A DNA stretch of 32,000 nucleotides. Origin: Promethearchaeota archaeon. Its GTDB lineage: Archaea > Asgardarchaeota > Thorarchaeia > Thorarchaeales > Thorarchaeaceae. Of this stretch, positions 27,064 through 32,000 are shown one piece after another. How positions within the stretch are numbered: position 1 is the stretch's first letter; every line of letters starts with the position of its first letter. The stretch spans positions 15,129-47,128 of the forward strand of contig JALVPN010000041.1 in assembly GCA_027031765.1 (NCBI GenBank), in the 5' to 3' direction. The notes beneath the pieces are model-generated. The model was not told the DNA's origin, did not search any database, and saw only the letters and a program-made list of their open reading frames with translations. The translations under genes and the position numbers were made by a program.

Positions 27064-27729
27064 CTATTCTGCTCCAGGTGAAACACGCCTCTGATAGTCA
27101 CCAAGTATGGATTTTAGATGCAACATACCGCGCTCAGTAATCGTATCCCCACAGATGTAGTATGATGTCCTGCGTACTAGGAACGACATGCCAATGGCTA
27201 GTACTAGGAGAATGGCCCCACTACCAAGGACCGCATTGCCCAGTAGCAGGTATGCATTAGACGTGCCAAGGTAGAGCGGCACGGTGGTGTCATCGCCACG
27301 TCCAATCGCAATGTCCACAAGGCCAGAGATGATGAGGACGAGCGAGATGGACACACTCATGGGATGAGCAGCGACCGCAGCCATCCGCGATGCACAATAG
27401 CCCTCCGCAAGTATCCAGCGTCTTGCCTCTTCCAGGGCCTCATCACTTGGCCCGGGTCCGACTGCCTGTGCAATCTTTGAGAACTTAAACGTGTCATAAG
27501 ATGTGATGACCATAGACTCTGTAGTCTTCCAGAGATGGAACAGCGCTGCAAGACCCGCAAGATACGTGCCAAAGAGGAGCCAGTCCAAGTCCCCTGTGAT
27601 ATCCCAGTACCAGAGCCGCAGCTGTGTGAGGACTGCACTCACTGTAAACATGCCCACGACGACCCAGTACCACCTTGCAGACCTATCAATCTCTCGTTCA
27701 ATATGGGGGTTGAACCGCTTCACAGACAC
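27064..27729 (-). CDS. Hypothetical membrane protein (about 4 TM)
   Basis: Four hydrophobic stretches; CTTATATG lies just upstream. No family recognised. Confidence 0.65.
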   Translation of the reverse strand: MSVKRFNPHIEREIDRSARWYWVVVGMFTVSAVLTQLRLWYWDITGDLDWLLFGTYLAGLAALFHLWKTTESMVITSYDTFKFSKIAQAVGPGPSDEALEEARRWILAEGYCASRMAAVAAHPMSVSISLVLIISGLVDIAIGRGDDTTVPLYLGTSNAYLLLGNAVLGSGAILLVLAIGMSFLVRRTSYYICGDTITERGMLHLKSILGDYQRRVSPGAE

Positions 27730-28072
27730 CTCATTGGTCGCCTTACATATAAGTACCTCGCATCACAAATGCAAGATAGACCACTGATATGGCACAAGAC
27801 GCCACAGGCCGAATAGATTGATGATGTCGAACAAGTTGGGATGTGACCATTGCTGCCAGCACAGCCGCGAGTGTGCCTCTTGTTGTCCATCCCTTGGCGC
27901 AGACCCCGATTGTTCCGTGAACAGTGCGTTCTGGAACACACTCTAGTCCTGTGCAGCTCCTGCGTGGCTGTTTGCCGCCTCTGTAGACGGTCTCTCCATG
28001 CCGTACACGTAATCCAAGCGAGTTGGGGCCTGGAACACTGGAATCGCCGTTTCGAGCCACAGGAGTCAATTA

Positions 28073-28105
28073 GTATACTCCAGAGTAAATTACTCGTGAG
28101 TATAC
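28073..28105. repeat. 33-bp imperfect palindrome (14 of 16 bp matched per arm)
   Basis: GTATACTC-CA-GAGTAA-A-TTACTC-GT-GAGTATAC. Confidence 0.9.
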
Positions 28106-28106
28106 A

Positions 28107-28220
28107 ATGTTCATAGACCGGGAGGCCGACATTGGTCTCCTCGAAGAAAGACTAGGGCTCAACAAGGCTGAGTTCATAGTCCTTCATGGGAGGCGAAGAA
28201 TAGGGAAGACCCCGCTATAG
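28107..28220 (+). pseudogene. Remnant of an archaeal ATPase (ATPase_2-like P-loop NTPase), N-terminus only
   Basis: MFIDREADIGLLEERLGLNKAEFIVLHGRRRIGKTPL then TAG; FxDRE and the Walker A GRRRIGKT are present. Confidence 0.8.
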
Positions 28221-28317
28221 GTGGGAATTGCAGGTAGTATCTGCAGCGGGGGCTGAAACATTCATGCCTGATACTGTCGAGTTGACCCCTATTCTGTCGA
28301 CACTTGACACCTACCAG

Positions 28318-28676
28318 TCCGACTTGTTCATCACGAAGAACCGGCGCATTGCCCTGACCCATTGTGGCAATGTGTGGCTGGAAATGGACTCGCTCCTCTC
28401 ACACCGAGAAGCGAGCCAGCGAGGGCGAGGGTCTAAGCATGATTGCCAGACGAATGGGTAATCCCGCCACCTGCCCGCCCCTCCTCCGTCAGGAGGCTGA
28501 TGGCATTGCATGCTCCGCGGGACCTGAAGGCACCCACTCTGAAGGCCCTTGTATTTGAAGAACACCGTACACCCAGCCATCCAGTCGATTGTGCGAGAGG
28601 CTGTGACGGGTGTGCGATGAGCAACACCTCTCAGCCTGTCGGCCGTAGCCCTGATGTCGTCTATGGTCACAGCCAA
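28318..28676 (-). pseudogene. Decayed threonine ammonia-lyase / serine racemase (fold type II PLP enzyme)
   Basis: VTIDDIRATADRLRGVAHRTPV...VFFK, frameshift, GAFRSRGACNAI...HSSGNHA*TLALAG, then a large deletion and an HIATMGQG fragment. Confidence 0.85.
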
Positions 28677-28698
28677 TCTGTGCACCCCTCGGGGGAGA

Positions 28699-29205
28699 CT
28701 ATCCTCCGTACCGCTCGTACGATACGATCTTCTCAAGTGGCTCTCTTGAGCTCTCTGCGGTCTCCGCCGGATATCCTACCGGGAACGCACAGACCACGCG
28801 TAGACCCCTCGGAACCCCCAGTATCTCTCTGAACCTGTTCTCCATTGGTGTGTTACGCACACCGACCCAGCATGTACCGAGGCCGAGGGCATATGCAGCC
28901 AAGAGCATGTTCTGCATTGCGTTGTGGGGGTCACAGAGATGGTACTTCTGATGTCTTGCCGGTATGGCTAGGACGACTATGACCACCGGTGACTCTGCCA
29001 TGAACCTCCCATAGGGATGCGCCTCCGCCAGACGCCTCCGGGTCTCTGCATCTCTGATGACGATGAAGTGCCACGGTTGCCTGTTCGATGCCGATGGGGC
29101 CCACCGGCCCGCCTCGAGGATGGCCTGTATCTTCTCGTCCTCAACGGGGGTGTCCAGATACTTGCGGATGCTCCTCCGCTCGCGGATTGCCTGCAATACG
29201 TCCAT
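28699..29205 (-). CDS. Nitroreductase family protein
   Basis: RRSIRKY, AGRWAPSASNRQPWHF and MLLAAYALGLGTCWVG motifs. Confidence 0.94.
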   Translation of the reverse strand: MDVLQAIRERRSIRKYLDTPVEDEKIQAILEAGRWAPSASNRQPWHFIVIRDAETRRRLAEAHPYGRFMAESPVVIVVLAIPARHQKYHLCDPHNAMQNMLLAAYALGLGTCWVGVRNTPMENRFREILGVPRGLRVVCAFPVGYPAETAESSREPLEKIVSYERYGG

Positions 29206-29660
29206 TGCTATCGTCCCCCACGACAGTATCCGACAGAATCAATCCTCCGTTCAGGGCCACGCACCACGGCACGTAGTCCACCCTGTCCAGTACCCATAAG
29301 GCCACCACTCCCGACAACGTCATCTTCAGATGGCACAGACCGATGGACAGAGCTCCTCCTCACAACAAGCACATATGAGTTGGAGTGATATGATTGTCAG
29401 ACCGCTGGGTGTGGCAGGCTGTTTCGAATACTGCTGCCTTGGGCCGGTATACCGCTAACAAGACTTCCCGCCAAGATTGACCTGAGCATATGATGTCTTC
29501 CTCGCGCTGTTACACCTCTTGAGGACTCGCATCACAGTTCGGCATTCGGTTTGAAGAGGAGGGAGCGTATAGATGTGTACTGAACATGTCCGGATGGGAT
29601 TTCACCGATACCGAGCATCTATGCATGGGCGTGGGTATGACGCGACGCCATCTTCCGTGT

Positions 29661-30686
29661 CTAGGTCGTCTGCCTGAACGGATCCAGCTGTTCGCCTAGG
29701 GGGCCAAAGGCGGCCTCTGCAGTATCCTCCATACTCCGCGGGATGACCAGGGTCTCGTGGAGCGTGTACCCCCTTGAGGTGACGAGGTTCTTCTGAGTCC
29801 GGACTGTCCCGGGGTACTCAGCCAAGAGGAACGCGCGGACAGGGCACGGCGCCTCGTCACGGATTAGGTCGACGACTGCCTGGAGCGTGGAGCGGTTCAT
29901 CTCCTTGATGGTCGGTGAGGCGAGGCGTGTGTCAACCTCTTGCTTGGTCTCGGGCGCCTTCAGTCTTCGTAGACCATAGACCAGCAGCGACACCCCGGTG
30001 GCCACTGCTAGAAAGAGACCCACCATGAGCCACACGTAGAATTCACTGGGCAGCGAATAGGTGGTGATGATGAGGGGGAGCAGCCTCGCTACTTCAGCGA
30101 CCACCGCTGTGATCAACAGCAGGGCCACACCGGCCACCATGTGCCCTGCACCCTTTATCCCTGACATGCTTGACTTGATTGCCGAGTACCACTGTTCTCC
30201 TCGTTCCGGGAGCAACCGCCTGATGTATGAGGCGATGGTGTCAAAACCAGTACCCGTCTGGGTCTCCGGGGGTTGGTGGCCCTCAATCCTCCCTAGTTGA
30301 GAAATGCAGTTAGTGAGCATGTCCAAGAGCTGCAGTACTGCCGACAGGCTGAGCCTGTGGATGCCTCTCACGCCCATCGACCGCGCCATCCGTCTGCCCC
30401 GATATGCGCTCCTCACAGCAGTAGTGATGGCCACAACCCATGGGGCGAGGAACACTGCCCACGACACGAGCGGCGTCGTATCTCTCACGTCCGTCATCGA
30501 GAGGACGAGGAGGGCAAGAATGCTGACTGGAAAGGCTGCCAGCACAATGCAAAGGATTCTATGAGTCGGGGCGGTCTCATCGTAGATCCATGCCCGCTCC
30601 CCACGCAGATACGCACGCAGGTTTTCCTCGCATTGTTCCATCGGTCTCAAACCCGGGTCCTCCCAGCGGACAGAGCTGTCATCCAC
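29661..30686 (-). CDS. Hypothetical membrane protein (two TM hairpins)
   Basis: 341-aa ORF with two pairs of hydrophobic helices separated by a soluble region. Confidence 0.7.
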   Translation of the reverse strand: MDDSSVRWEDPGLRPMEQCEENLRAYLRGERAWIYDETAPTHRILCIVLAAFPVSILALLVLSMTDVRDTTPLVSWAVFLAPWVVAITTAVRSAYRGRRMARSMGVRGIHRLSLSAVLQLLDMLTNCISQLGRIEGHQPPETQTGTGFDTIASYIRRLLPERGEQWYSAIKSSMSGIKGAGHMVAGVALLLITAVVAEVARLLPLIITTYSLPSEFYVWLMVGLFLAVATGVSLLVYGLRRLKAPETKQEVDTRLASPTIKEMNRSTLQAVVDLIRDEAPCPVRAFLLAEYPGTVRTQKNLVTSRGYTLHETLVIPRSMEDTAEAAFGPLGEQLDPFRQTT

Positions 30687-31420
30687 TCGTCCCTGTCACC
30701 GTCAAGGGGATTACTCGGATGCCCGGACTCAGATGCAGGCACTAATAAACGGCTCTGCGCAGCTGGGGCAGCACATTGCCCCGCTGAAACGGGCTTGTTG
30801 AGATGCGTGGGGACCACTCTGAGGACAACGATTCGTAGAGGCCAGCTCGCGCTGGTCGCCATCGGCCCGCGGATGAGTCGGTCTGGAATCTGCTATGACC
30901 ACACACCTGCATAGTGACGCGACTGCAGAGACTGGTCGTCACTATTGACAGGGACTTGCTCGTCGATAGTGGCTCCCTGAACATCACTGCCCGCAAGATT
31001 ATCACCAGTCCACTGGTGGTCTTGCTGCCGTCTGTACCGCCTGCGGCCCCAACAGGCGGAGCCGGGGCCACACACTGGCACAGTACCTTGCGGCCTGACT
31101 GTGGGTGGTACCGCCGCCTGAAATGGCAGCTCTCATCGCCATGGTCTCTGCCACCCGCAAGAAAAGAGCAGGCGCGGGTGACGAGCCACCTCCGTGGGCC
31201 CCCTCCCACTCTTCCCTCTCTCCTCTTCCTCTCTTCTCTCATTGAATCTGTTGATATGCGGTCTCCTGGGCGCTAGCGGAGTCCGACAGACTTTTCTGTG
31301 TCGTCGTCGTTCCCGAGTCCGAGAAGCCGCAGTTGGGGGCAAGACGCGTCGCCAATGCCTGGGCAGTACTATATAGGGGCCGAAGAGTCAGCGCCTCTGT
31401 TCGGCTTGGACTTAGCGGAG

Positions 31421-32000
31421 ATGAGTCTCATTGTTGGAGTGGCCTGGGGTCTCCTATGGATATATGTCGCAGACCTCATCAGTCCGTTGGTGTGGCTCAT
31501 CCTTGGTCTGCTTGTCGCTGTGCTGTTCAGTCTGCTAGTCCAGCGACTCATCAGGGCGCGGTTCCGACATCCTCTCGACAATGCTGAGGTGACAGGGATT
31601 GTTCACCGTGCGGCTCAGAAGTTGGGGATTAGTGATCAGGTGGAGGTCTGGTCACGTACGTCAGACCGCCTGATCTGCATGGCCACGCGGAACTTGGTGT
31701 TTACCGCCATCCTGCTGTCTGACACCGCAGTGCAAGATATGATCCGGGACCCAGAGAATGCTGAGGTCGTGGTGGCGTACAAGCTGGCGAGTGCCTATCA
31801 CTCCAGCCCGGTCAGAAGAGTTGTAGTATCGGTGGGGGCATTCTTTGTGGGCCTCCTCTTCGAGTCCCACTTCCTTTCGGGTGTCATCTCAGACATATTG
31901 TCAATGCTTGGACTCGTTTCCATAGCAGTGTTGCTGGTTGCAACTCTGCTGCTCGTTGCTCTCATACTCATCCTATCTGCTCGACGGAGCTACCGTGACA
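31421..32000 (+). CDS. Membrane protein resembling M48/M56 (HtpX-like) peptidases without HExxH; 3' truncated, start 31355 or 31421
   Basis: Absent from the ORF track because it has no stop in the window. Manual translation is open to the end: TM-TM, VHRAAQKLGI, AILLSD, AEVVVAYKLAS, then further TMs. Confidence 0.7.
   Translation, partial: MSLIVGVAWGLLWIYVADLISPLVWLILGLLVAVLFSLLVQRLIRARFRHPLDNAEVTGIVHRAAQKLGISDQVEVWSRTSDRLICMATRNLVFTAILLSDTAVQDMIRDPENAEVVVAYKLASAYHSSPVRRVVVSVGAFFVGLLFESHFLSGVISDILSMLGLVSIAVLLVATLLLVALILILSARRSYRD

Noticed and set aside
29206-29660. Possible gene in the gap upstream of nitroreductase
   Set aside because: Only short ORFs with no recognisable motifs.
30742-31276. 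Overlapping ORFs 30742-31242 (-) and 30914-31276 (+)
   Set aside because: Low-complexity, non-protein-like translations with no motif support.

Overview
GC-rich archaeal chromosome segment, most likely an Asgard archaeon (Thorarchaeota-like). The evidence is eL13, eS26, class I LysRS, an archaeal CCA enzyme, TrmY, PAC2, and Roadblock and Bet3/TRAPPC3-like V4R proteins. Most of the window is housekeeping. The main feature is a cluster at about 8.4-13.5 kb. It holds two modules, each a Roadblock + tandem winged-helix gene followed by a Bet3/TRAPPC3-like V4R gene, separated by a tail-to-tail pair of related membrane proteins and followed by a third V4R gene. The first module is fragmented in the ORF track by in-frame TAG codons and frameshifts; I reconstructed it by manual translation. 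Other points: eL13 fused to a NusA-AR/HhH-like domain, a YwlE-like LMW phosphatase, an orphan POR gamma subunit, a lower-GC decayed patch at about 26.3-28.7 kb with a 33-bp palindrome and two pseudogenes, and an M48-like membrane protein lacking HExxH at the right edge. No rRNA, tRNA, CRISPR array or transposase was recognised. All family assignments come from motif recognition and recalled sequences, not database searches.
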